Assembly: GCA_040880305.1 (NCBI GenBank)
Contig: JBBDIP010000001.1
Coordinates: 1 to 55,290 of the forward strand
Direction of reading: 5' to 3'
DNA: 55,290 nt
Source of the DNA: Bacillota bacterium
GTDB taxonomy: Bacteria; Bacillota; Sulfobacillia; Fermentithermobacillales; Fermentithermobacillaceae
The translations under genes were made by a program, and so were the position numbers. The notes beneath the pieces were generated by a model. The model saw only the letters and a program-made list of their open reading frames with translations. It searched no databases and had not been told where the DNA came from. How positions within the stretch are numbered: position 1 is the stretch's first letter; every line of letters begins with the position of its first letter. Below, piece after piece: positions 39,494-47,678 of the stretch.

Positions 39494-40348
39494 GTGCCGG
39501 AGCTTTGGTATCTGAACGGATCCTACATAAGCAAGGAAGAGGCCAAGGTATCGGTTCTAGACAGGGGTTTCCTGTTCGGCGACGGGCTTTATGAGGTTGT
39601 CAGAGTCTACGACAACGAGCCCTTCTGCCTAAGCGAGCACCTTGACCGGTTCTACTTTGGCGTCAAGGGTATCGGTCTGCCTTTCCCCTACAGCAAGGAT
39701 GAGTTCGACAAGATCATCCGTAAGGTCATAAAGGACTCCAATCTCGGAGGCGCATCGGTCTATTGGGAAGTGACCCGCGGGACCTATGACCCGAGGACCC
39801 ACTACGTCACTGCCAAGATGACCACCCCCAACATCTTCATCCAGTCCAAGCCGGCGGCGGCCCAGCCCGAAGAGCGCAGACAGAACGGCATTATGGTCTC
39901 GCTTCAGCCGGACATCAGGTGGCTTAAGTGCTGCTACAAGACGGTCAACCTTCTCCCCAACTGCCTCGCGTCGACCAAGGCCCACGACAAGGGCGGTTTC
40001 GAGGCTGTGCTCTACAGGGACCAGAACCACGTCACAGAGGGCGCCTCGTCAAGCTTCTTCATCGTGAAGAACGGCGAGCTATGGACCCATCCCGAGGGCG
40101 ATCTCATCCTTTCCAGCATCACAAGGGGAGAGATCAAGAAACTGTGCGCCAAGAACGGGATACCTTTCGTTGAGAAGATCTTCAGCGTCAAGGATGCTCT
40201 CACCGCCGACGAGGCGTTCACCTCGGGCACCGTGGTGGAGATAAACCCGGCTGTCAGGATCGACGAGAACGTGGTCGGCGACGGGAAGGTCGGCCCTGTG
40301 ACCAAGAAGATAATGGACCTGTACCTCAAGGCGTCGGGGCAGCGCTGA
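39494..40348 (+). CDS. dat: D-amino-acid (D-alanine) aminotransferase, fold-type IV PLP enzyme
   Basis: LNGSYISKEEAKVSVLDRGFLFGDGLYEVVRVY... and a conserved K in WLKCCYKTVNLL. 284 aa. GAAGGAGG RBS before the GTG start. Confidence 0.8.
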   Translation: MPELWYLNGSYISKEEAKVSVLDRGFLFGDGLYEVVRVYDNEPFCLSEHLDRFYFGVKGIGLPFPYSKDEFDKIIRKVIKDSNLGGASVYWEVTRGTYDPRTHYVTAKMTTPNIFIQSKPAAAQPEERRQNGIMVSLQPDIRWLKCCYKTVNLLPNCLASTKAHDKGGFEAVLYRDQNHVTEGASSSFFIVKNGELWTHPEGDLILSSITRGEIKKLCAKNGIPFVEKIFSVKDALTADEAFTSGTVVEINPAVRIDENVVGDGKVGPVTKKIMDLYLKASGQR

Positions 40349-40358
40349 GGGTTTCCTA

Positions 40359-40600
<242 letters not shown>

Positions 40601-40617
40601 TCCTGAGAGTTGGAGGA

Positions 40618-40651
40618 AATGCCAGGTCTCCGGTTCCGGGAGCCTGGCATT
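40618..40651 (+). terminator. Strong hairpin after the ferredoxin gene (possible terminator/attenuator)
   Basis: AATGCCAGG(t)CTCC...GGAG-CCTGGCATT gives 13 bp with one bulge. No clear U-tract follows. Confidence 0.4.
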
Positions 40652-40674
40652 CTCATTAAGAGGGGGTAAGATCT

Positions 40675-41688
40675 GTGAGCGAGGCAGAGAGGATACATAA
40701 GGAATCGATCGTGATTGACGCGCATTGCGACACCCTCCTGGCCGTTACGGGCAGGGGTCTCGGTTTTCCCGGGATGCCGGCGTCGCAGCGGAACTTCTTC
40801 GAAAGGAACGACGGCGGCCACATCGATCTCCCCAGGCTTAAGGAAGGCGGGGTCACCTGCCAGGTCATGGCGCTGTACATAGAACCCCAGTACAAACCGA
40901 CGCGGTCCGCGCGCCGGACGCTGGAGATGATGGACGCCTTCTACGCCCTCATCGACGAATCCGAGGAATTCCGTCTGGCCACCACGGCCGCAGACATCGA
41001 GAAGGTCAAGCGTGACAAGGAGAACTGCGCGGTGCTCAGCATCGAAGGCGGTGAAGCCGTTGAGGGTAGCCTTGGGCTGCTCCGGGACTTTCACCGGCTC
41101 GGGGTGCGGGCCATGGGACTCACCTGGAACCAGCGGAACGACATAGCTGATGGGCAGGGGGAGAAGTCCGCGGGGTCCGGGCTCACCGACTTCGGGATCT
41201 CGGTCGTGAAAGAAATGGAACGCTTGGGCATGCTGGTTGACGTCTCACACCTGTCAGACACTAGCTTCTGGGCGGTCGACAAGGTCTCGGACCGGCCGTA
41301 TATCGCGTCCCACTCCAACTGCCGCGCCCTGGCGTCGGCATCTCGCAACCTCACCGACCAGCAGATTGAAGCCCTGGCGAAGAAGGGCGGGGTCATCGGA
41401 GCGGTGTTCGCGGGCGGATTTGTGGACGACGACCCGGCTAAAGTCTCCTTGTCCAGGCTCTGCGACCACATCGACCACATCAAGAAGGTGGCCGGTATCG
41501 ACCATGTAGGTCTTGGGTCGGACTTCGACGGCTTCGGCATCCCGAAAGGGAGCGGAGTGGTCATGAAGGACGCGAGCGAGATGCCCAAGCTCACAGAGGA
41601 GCTCGTGTCCAGGGGCTACTCGGAGGAAGAGGTCAGGAAAGTCCTGGGCGGAAACTGGCTCAGGTTGTACACGGAAGCTTTCAGATAA
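40675..41688 (+). CDS. Membrane (renal-type) dipeptidase, peptidase family M19
   Basis: IVIDAHCDTLL, VDVSHLSD, ASHSNCRAL, GLGSDFDG metal-ligand contexts. Confidence 0.88.
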   Translation: MSEAERIHKESIVIDAHCDTLLAVTGRGLGFPGMPASQRNFFERNDGGHIDLPRLKEGGVTCQVMALYIEPQYKPTRSARRTLEMMDAFYALIDESEEFRLATTAADIEKVKRDKENCAVLSIEGGEAVEGSLGLLRDFHRLGVRAMGLTWNQRNDIADGQGEKSAGSGLTDFGISVVKEMERLGMLVDVSHLSDTSFWAVDKVSDRPYIASHSNCRALASASRNLTDQQIEALAKKGGVIGAVFAGGFVDDDPAKVSLSRLCDHIDHIKKVAGIDHVGLGSDFDGFGIPKGSGVVMKDASEMPKLTEELVSRGYSEEEVRKVLGGNWLRLYTEAFR

Positions 41689-41724
41689 GCCGAAAGCGTA
41701 TCGCGCCGGACCGACTGCCAGTTT

Positions 41725-41908
41725 TCTAGGCAGATCCTTCGGTGAGGTGCCAGGTTCTTAGGCAGATCCGCGAGTTGGCTGACAGGTTTTCCGCGGGATC
41801 CTAAGCTTCTGCGGACTTTTCCGTCACCTTCGGCGCGGATCTGCCTACCTTTTAGGCATCCCTTCGGGTGAGCTGCCGAGTTCTTAGGCAGTTGGCCCCC
41901 GGGGCCAA
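41725..41908. repeat. Cluster of six copies or variants of a (C)TTAGGCAGATCC motif with nested inverted repeats
   Basis: + copies at 41726, 41758, 41852 (variant), 41884 (variant). - copies at 41837-41847 and 41796-41805 (variant). 13-bp perfect inverted repeat AGGCAGATCCGCG (41760-41772) / CGCGGATCTGCCT (41834-41846). About 42-nt direct repeat 41726-41769 vs 41852-41893. GC hairpin TTGGCCCC-c-GGGGCCAA at 41892-41908. Confidence 0.85.
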
Positions 41909-41914
41909 GAGAAC

Positions 41915-42820
41915 CTAGAAAGCAAGCGGTCGGCCTAGCTCGTTGCAGTCAGCCAGGAGCGCCATGTGACGGTAGGCCGCGGCGACGACCTCGGCGGCCA
42001 CCGGTTCTGTGTCCTGCTCACCTTCCTGCAGGAAACTTCCCATTACAGCCAGGCAGAAATCCGCGCCGGGCAGGTAGATGATCCCCGCGTCGACTCGCAC
42101 CCGGGAGAGACTTCCTGTCTTGTTAGCCCTTCTAACCGAGGCCGGCAGCGCCTGTGCGAAGGGGCCACTCTTCGGCAGTTCCAGGATAGTGAGCACGTCG
42201 GACGCCACGGCGGCGGGGATGCCCTGGCTCCGGTACAGCTTTTCAAGCAAAGACACAAGTTCCCGGGGAGTCGCGACGTTCTCGTCTCCCCGTTTGACCG
42301 CCTCCAAGTCCATCATTTTGCGCCGGAGCCTGGTCCGGGAGAGTCCCAGTCCGTTCAGCAGGTCGTTCACGAAGCTCATGCCCGCCAGGTCAATGCAGGC
42401 GTTGGTCGCGTGGTTGTCGGAGAGGGCTATCATGAGCGAGGCCAAGTCCCAGAGGCTGAGATCCACCGGGTGCCTGAGCAGGGATAAGACTCCCGAGCCC
42501 CCAACCTTACCTTCAACTGCTACGGTAAGGCGCTGCTCCCAAGACAGTTCCCCAAGTTGAACCCTGGTTGCCAGCCCGAGCAACACGGCTATCTTTATGG
42601 TGCTTGCGGTGGGGAACAGGATGTCGTCGTGGAAGCCAGCCTTCTTACCCGATGAGAGGTCCAGCAGGGAGTAGCCCATGACCCCGGAGGCCCGCTCACC
42701 CGGGATCCCACCGGCCCTGATGCAGAGCGCCTGGAGCTCCGCATCCATGTTCTGCCACACAATGTCGCGTGAGGTCTGCACTACACTCTCCCCCTTCATG
42801 AGCGATAATTCACTGGCCAC
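41915..42820 (-). CDS. Class A beta-lactamase-family serine hydrolase without signal peptide
   Basis: STIK (SxxK), SDN and KTG motifs in the correct order. No N-terminal hydrophobic segment. Start uncertain: GTG 42820 after AGGAAAGGG; ATG 42799 or ATG 42871 are alternatives. Confidence 0.8.
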   Translation of the reverse strand: MASELSLMKGESVVQTSRDIVWQNMDAELQALCIRAGGIPGERASGVMGYSLLDLSSGKKAGFHDDILFPTASTIKIAVLLGLATRVQLGELSWEQRLTVAVEGKVGGSGVLSLLRHPVDLSLWDLASLMIALSDNHATNACIDLAGMSFVNDLLNGLGLSRTRLRRKMMDLEAVKRGDENVATPRELVSLLEKLYRSQGIPAAVASDVLTILELPKSGPFAQALPASVRRANKTGSLSRVRVDAGIIYLPGADFCLAVMGSFLQEGEQDTEPVAAEVVAAAYRHMALLADCNELGRPLAF

Positions 42821-42933
42821 GGGGCCCTTTCCTTTTTCCACAAAAAGGCCTTTGCCAAAACAGGCACACAATTGCGATGATGTGATGTAGATGACGATGT
42901 GAAGAGAGACGCGACCGGAGAGGCGTAGATATA

Positions 42934-44604
42934 TTGTCGATTGGACCGAGGGCCCGAAGGAAGACCAGACGCCCGCTTGCTTGGCCGCTGTTCGTCGCGG
43001 CCCTGCTGTTGGTTGGCGCCGGGACCTTTGCGCCTTCTTTCATGTATGAAGAAAAGGCTCCCGCCTCGCGGCCGTACTTGGTGTACCGGGGCGAGAGGCA
43101 GTCGTACCCTGTTGTCGTGGAGGCCGGCGAAGCTTACGTCCCCTTCCAATTTGTGAAGAAGGTCATCGACCCCAACGCTTTTGCCGAAGAAGGGCTTGTC
43201 GTAGTGACGACCCAAGACAAGGTCGTGAAACTGAAGACCGATTCCCTTACTGCCTACGTAAACCAAAACCCCGTTGAACTGCGCTTGCCCGTCACGCTTG
43301 AGGCCGGAGAGCCGTATTTGCCTGCCAGCGCTCTGGAACTCCTGTACCCTGTATCGGCCTCCCTGCATGAGGAAGCGGGGACGTTCACCGTTCACCGCAC
43401 AGATTCGGAATCAAGCGTGGCAGAGGTCCTGTCCGATGCTGTTGTGAGAACGGAACCCTCGATCGTCGCACGCAGGACCGCGGTTCTTCCGGCCGGCGCC
43501 TACGTCGAGATTTTCGAGACAAAGGGAGGCTGGGTCAGAGTGGAGACTACGTCCGGCGTCGCGGGATGGATGTCGTCCAAGCGCCTCTCGGACCCGACCA
43601 AGAAGCCCGCGGACATCCCGCCGCCCAAGGACTACACTCCGCCTCCGCTCAAAGGCAGCAAGGTCAGCCTCGTCTGGGAGCAGGTCGATTCGCGCACTCC
43701 CGATACGTCCACCATGGGTTCTCTCAGCGGCGCCAACGTGGTGTCGCCCACATGGTTCAGACTCGGCGAGAAACCCGGCGAAGTGGATAACTACGTCGAT
43801 ACCCGCTACGTCAACTGGGCTCATGCGAGAGGGTACAAGATCTGGGCGCTCTTTTCCAACTCCTTTGAACTCCAAAGGACCAGAACGGTGCTGAGGGACT
43901 CGGACCTGCGCGACAAGGTGATCTCGCAGATCCTGGTCTACGCTCGGATGTACTCACTGGACGGCATCAACCTCGACTTCGAGAACGTCTACCAGGACGA
44001 CGCGCCTTACCTGACTCAGTTCGTGAGGGAACTCACGCCGCTCCTCCACGAGATGGGCCTGTCGGTTTCCATGGATATCACGGTAAAGTCCCTGAGTCCC
44101 ACGTGGTCATTGTGCTACGAGCGCAAGCGGCTCGCCGAGGTGGTCGACTACCTCATGCTGATGGCCTACGACCAATACTCTGCAGGCTCGAAGGTTGCGG
44201 GTCCCAACTCCTCTATCCCGTGGACCAAGTCATCGATAGAGAGAACGTTGCAGGAAGTCCCTCCACACAAGCTGGTGCTGGCCGTCCCCTTCTACATGCG
44301 GTTATGGAAAGAGACCAAGACCGATGACGGAGTGAAAGTCACCCAGCGCGCCATCGGGATGGACCAGGCCGAGGAGTGGCTGTCGCAGCAAGGTGTGAAT
44401 GCGGTCTACCAAAGCGAATCCGGACTCATGTACGCGGAGAAGACCGTCGGGCAGGACACCCACAAGCTCTGGATTGAGGACGCGGAGTCTATGAAGCTGC
44501 GCGTCGAGCTGGCCGACTCCTACGGGCTCGCGGGAGTTGCCGCGTGGAGGCGTGGGTTCGAAAACGACGCCGTCTGGACGGTAATCCAGAATTACGCCAA
44601 GTAG
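42934..44604 (+). CDS. GH18 glycoside hydrolase, spore peptidoglycan hydrolase-like (YaaH/SleL-type), with N-terminal TM and SH3-like domain
   Basis: TM segment WPLFVAALLLVGAG. SH3b-like VRTEPS...GGWVRVETTSGVAGWM. GH18 catalytic DGINLDFE and YDQY. Confidence 0.82.
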   Translation: MSIGPRARRKTRRPLAWPLFVAALLLVGAGTFAPSFMYEEKAPASRPYLVYRGERQSYPVVVEAGEAYVPFQFVKKVIDPNAFAEEGLVVVTTQDKVVKLKTDSLTAYVNQNPVELRLPVTLEAGEPYLPASALELLYPVSASLHEEAGTFTVHRTDSESSVAEVLSDAVVRTEPSIVARRTAVLPAGAYVEIFETKGGWVRVETTSGVAGWMSSKRLSDPTKKPADIPPPKDYTPPPLKGSKVSLVWEQVDSRTPDTSTMGSLSGANVVSPTWFRLGEKPGEVDNYVDTRYVNWAHARGYKIWALFSNSFELQRTRTVLRDSDLRDKVISQILVYARMYSLDGINLDFENVYQDDAPYLTQFVRELTPLLHEMGLSVSMDITVKSLSPTWSLCYERKRLAEVVDYLMLMAYDQYSAGSKVAGPNSSIPWTKSSIERTLQEVPPHKLVLAVPFYMRLWKETKTDDGVKVTQRAIGMDQAEEWLSQQGVNAVYQSESGLMYAEKTVGQDTHKLWIEDAESMKLRVELADSYGLAGVAAWRRGFENDAVWTVIQNYAK

Positions 44605-44675
44605 GCTACCCGACTACCCCGAAAACCGCCCGGTGCTGGAAAAACCAGCCACCAACCGGCCAGCCACAACCTCGA

Positions 44676-45010
44676 TGCCACCGCCAGATCCGATCCCGAT
44701 GATGCTCAGAGCATCAATCTCCGAGCCGAGGTGCTGCTGACAGCATCAGCCCTCCAGCCGACCTGATGCTCACAGCATCACCCTTGACCTTGCCACCGCC
44801 AGTTCCGATCCCGATGATGCTCAGAGCATCAACCTCTGAGCCGAGGTACTGCTGACAGCATCACCCCTCTGACCGACCTGATGCTCACAGCATCACCCTT
44901 GACCTTGCCACCGCCAGATCCGATCCCGATGATGCTGAGAGCATCATCCTTCGCATCGAGGTGCGGTCGAGAGCATCAGCCCTCCAGCCGACCTGATGCT
45001 CAGCGGGCTG
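44676..45010. repeat. 115-bp tandem repeat, about 2.9 copies, studded with TGATGCT-N3-AGCATCA palindromes
   Basis: Units start at 44676, 44791 and 44906 (TGCCACCGCCAG(A/T)TCCGATCCCGATGATGCT...). Perfect 17-nt palindromes at 44700, 44764, 44815, 44879 and 44930, plus degenerate copies. Stop codons in all frames across units. Confidence 0.9.
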
Positions 45011-45150
45011 CCCCCTCAGCAGAACTGACACCCCGAATATCTGCCCGAAGCAGGACTTGCCTGTTTCGAAGAGAACTTCTTGGAATAACGGCCTAGTCTT
45101 GACATTTTCGGTGACAGGCCGACGCTCTTTGCGGAGAGGACGTGACGCGA

Positions 45151-46236
45151 GTGTCTGTGCGCAGGAATCGAGTGCTTCGAAGGAATCTAGGCGTCGTGCT
45201 CATCTTGGCCCTCCTGTTGACGGCAAGTCCGCTCGCCACGGGAGAGGTCTTAGCTGCCCCCTTCGACGTGATGATTCCGGGACCCGGAACTGATCTCGGG
45301 GTGACCATCCCCCTGACCGTGACTCCCATCACGACATTTGGTCTCGGCACCATCACCGTTGTGCTGCATTTCGGCGACACGGGCCTCACTGGGAACTACA
45401 CAACCGATGCTGTCTACGCAACACTGCGCACCAATCCAGTGGTCAGCGTACCTTACGTTCTACCGGCCGGATTTGGTGACAATGGAGTCAAGATTGGCAC
45501 TGGAAGCACGTACAGCATTATAGATTCGAATATCACCTTTCGGATTTACCTCGATCAGATTTCATCGGGTGGTGGCGGTGGCGGTGGGACCATCCCCAGC
45601 GGTGGTTCGACCACATCCGGGACCGACACCGGCTGGCAGAGATATGATTCATCAACTGATACTTCCACTGTCTACGTGGACCCGGAACTGACCCAGGAGC
45701 TCTTCTCCCAGCCCCCGCCAACAGGAGTCGTGCTAGTGGAGACCCCTGTGGATCAGGAGGGCGAGGTCCCTCAGAACGTGACAGCCAACCTGCCCCTGGA
45801 GGTAGTAACCCAGGGCGGGAGCGTGACGGTCCCGAGCATCCTGAACATGGGCTCCATCAGTATGGAACTGCCCCCGTCAGTGATGCAGTCACTGGCGCAG
45901 AGCGTGCAGAACCTGGCAGGGGGCCTTGGGTCCCTTCGCGTGGAGGTCATTGCTTCGACCCCTGAGGGCACGACCGACACCTTGAACAGCCTCGAGGACG
46001 TCGATCTGACCGACATGAACGCTGCTTCTCAGGTGATCACCGTGTCTTTCGTCGTGGTTAACGCCCAGGGTCACGAGACCAAGATCACGGTTGAGAGGAC
46101 CAGCATCAGCCTTTCGTTCAACCCTGACGTCGTGACGGATCCCTCCAAGGTTAACCTGTACATGATCGGCTCCCTCATCTATGTGGGAGGCAAGGTCGAC
46201 CCGGTTACCACCAGGTCATCGCGGATATCTCGATGA
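45151..46236 (+). CDS. Secreted cell-surface protein, N-terminal portion (reading frame breaks near 46200; continues as the SLH segment)
   Basis: Signal peptide RRNLGVVLILALLLTASPLATGEVLA|AP. Thr/Val-rich beta-type sequence with a Gly run (SSGGGGGGT). GTG 45151 lies 10 nt after GGAGAGGA; GTG 45142 is the alternative. Confidence 0.6.
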   Translation: MSVRRNRVLRRNLGVVLILALLLTASPLATGEVLAAPFDVMIPGPGTDLGVTIPLTVTPITTFGLGTITVVLHFGDTGLTGNYTTDAVYATLRTNPVVSVPYVLPAGFGDNGVKIGTGSTYSIIDSNITFRIYLDQISSGGGGGGGTIPSGGSTTSGTDTGWQRYDSSTDTSTVYVDPELTQELFSQPPPTGVVLVETPVDQEGEVPQNVTANLPLEVVTQGGSVTVPSILNMGSISMELPPSVMQSLAQSVQNLAGGLGSLRVEVIASTPEGTTDTLNSLEDVDLTDMNAASQVITVSFVVVNAQGHETKITVERTSISLSFNPDVVTDPSKVNLYMIGSLIYVGGKVDPVTTRSSRISR

Positions 46237-46559
46237 CCCAGGGCGGCAAGTTCGTCGCTATCGAGTTCGACAAGACGTTCTCCGATGTCACGGACCACTG
46301 GGCCAAGGGCGACATCGAACTCATGGCTTCCAAGTACGTGGTGAAGGGCATGACCGACACGGACTACTGGCCTAACAGCCCCGTTACCAGGGCCCAGTTT
46401 GTGACGTTGTTGGTGCGGAGTCTGGGTCTTTCTGAGGTCGCTCCGGCGACGCCAACGTTCCAGGATGTAGCCAAAGACACCTGGTACTACGGCTTTGTTG
46501 AAGCGGCGTTCAAGGCTGGACTTGCCGGTGGCGATAGGCCAAGGGCCTCTACGTCCTAA
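46233..46559 (+). pseudogene. SLH-domain segment: frameshifted C-terminal part of the upstream surface protein, itself truncated
   Basis: FSDVTDHWAKGDIELMASKYVVKG and FQDVAKDTWYYGFVEAAFKAGL are SLH repeats. This frame is open from 46155 and reads ...PGYHQVIADISMTQGG, continuous in sense with ...YVGGKVDP of the other frame. No signal peptide of its own. Confidence 0.65.
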
Positions 46560-46918
46560 CAAGCGGACCCATCCCACCTAACCCTGCGGAACTGCTTGAC
46601 TGCCAGGCTATGACCGATCTGCTCGCCAAGGTCAGGGACCAATACGACCACGTGCTGGTCGATTCTCCGCCCGCAGGCGCTCTGGCGGACGCGACGATCC
46701 TGGCCTCCAAAGTTGACGGCATTATCATGGTGGTTTCGGCCGGGGAGACGCGGGTGGATCAGGCAAGAGAGATAAAGGAGTCACTCGAACGGGCCAAGGG
46801 CCGGGTCCTGGGAGTCGTCCTCAACAAGGTGAGGTACTCGACCAGGGACTATCATTACCGGTACTACTACGAGGACAGCGGCAGTGCCAAGTCCCCTTCA
46901 GAAGATACTGCCGAGTAG
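46538..46918 (+). pseudogene. BY-kinase (CpsD/YwqD-type tyrosine kinase) C-terminal fragment lacking Walker A
   Basis: Frame open from 46538: KGLYVLTSGPIPPNPAELL..., Walker B VLVDSPP, C-terminal Tyr cluster YHYRYYYE. The N-terminal half of the domain is absent, with the SLH sequence directly upstream. Confidence 0.75.
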
Positions 46919-47678
46919 ACGAAGAGACGTCGCCTACAGCGACGTCCATTGTCACGTCCTGCCCGGTCTGGATGACGGGCCCAAGGACGCTGAGTCCTCG
47001 CTCAAATTGGCGCGCATGGCCAGTGAATCGGGCGCCAGGAGGATCGTCGCGACCCCTCACTTCCTGCCCGGCGTCTTTGAACCTTCCCCTGCCGATATCC
47101 GTTTGCAGATCCGCCTGCTTAACGAGCGCCTCGCCCAGGAGAACATAGAGGTTGAGGTCATGGAGGGCTGTGAGGCTTACCTAAGCGAACGCCTTTGTCG
47201 CGACTACAAGGACGGCAAGATCCTTACCATCGGGGGTAGCCGCCATGTGCTGGTCGAACTGCCGTCCATGTCGTTGCCGCCGGGCGCCCTCGACGAGCTT
47301 TTTGCGCTAAGGGTTCTGGGTGCAGGAGTGATCCTGGCCCACCCCGAAAGGAACCTGGACCTTTGCCGCAACCCCGCGCTTACGCGTGAACTGGCGGAGA
47401 ACGGCATCCTATTGCAGGTCAACGCCGGTAGCCTGATGGGGGTCTATGGGAGAGAGGCGGATGCGTTTGCATCCAGTCTTTTCAGGGAGGGACTGGTTCA
47501 CTTCATAGGGTCCGACGCTCATTCGGGTCGCTCTGCCGACCTTCGCTCCAGCGGACCCGACATCCGGCCCGCCCTCCGAAAGGCTTTTCGCTCCCAAAGG
47601 GACTTGGAGCGTTTCATATCCGAGATGGAAGAACGATTCGATCGACTCACAACAGGGAGGGATTCAATTGACAGGTGA
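46884..47678 (+). CDS. PHP-family protein-tyrosine phosphatase (CpsB/YwqE-type)
   Basis: DVHCHVLPGLDDGP, ATPHF, AHPERN, GSDAH metal-binding motifs. Confidence 0.85.
   Translation: MPSPLQKILPSRRRDVAYSDVHCHVLPGLDDGPKDAESSLKLARMASESGARRIVATPHFLPGVFEPSPADIRLQIRLLNERLAQENIEVEVMEGCEAYLSERLCRDYKDGKILTIGGSRHVLVELPSMSLPPGALDELFALRVLGAGVILAHPERNLDLCRNPALTRELAENGILLQVNAGSLMGVYGREADAFASSLFREGLVHFIGSDAHSGRSADLRSSGPDIRPALRKAFRSQRDLERFISEMEERFDRLTTGRDSIDR

Noticed and set aside
44676-45010. Possible CRISPR array (regularly spaced palindromic repeats).
   Set aside because: The whole 115-bp unit is repeated, including the would-be spacers. The repeats are only 17 nt with alternating 51/64-nt spacing. No cas genes or leader are nearby. 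It is a tandem repeat, not repeat plus unique spacers.
44881-45096. 71-aa ORF (MLTASPLTLPPPDPIPMML...) inside the tandem repeat.
   Set aside because: It exists only because one repeat unit lacks a stop in that frame. The equivalent frames of the other units contain stops. There is no RBS, and the composition is low-complexity and repeat-derived.
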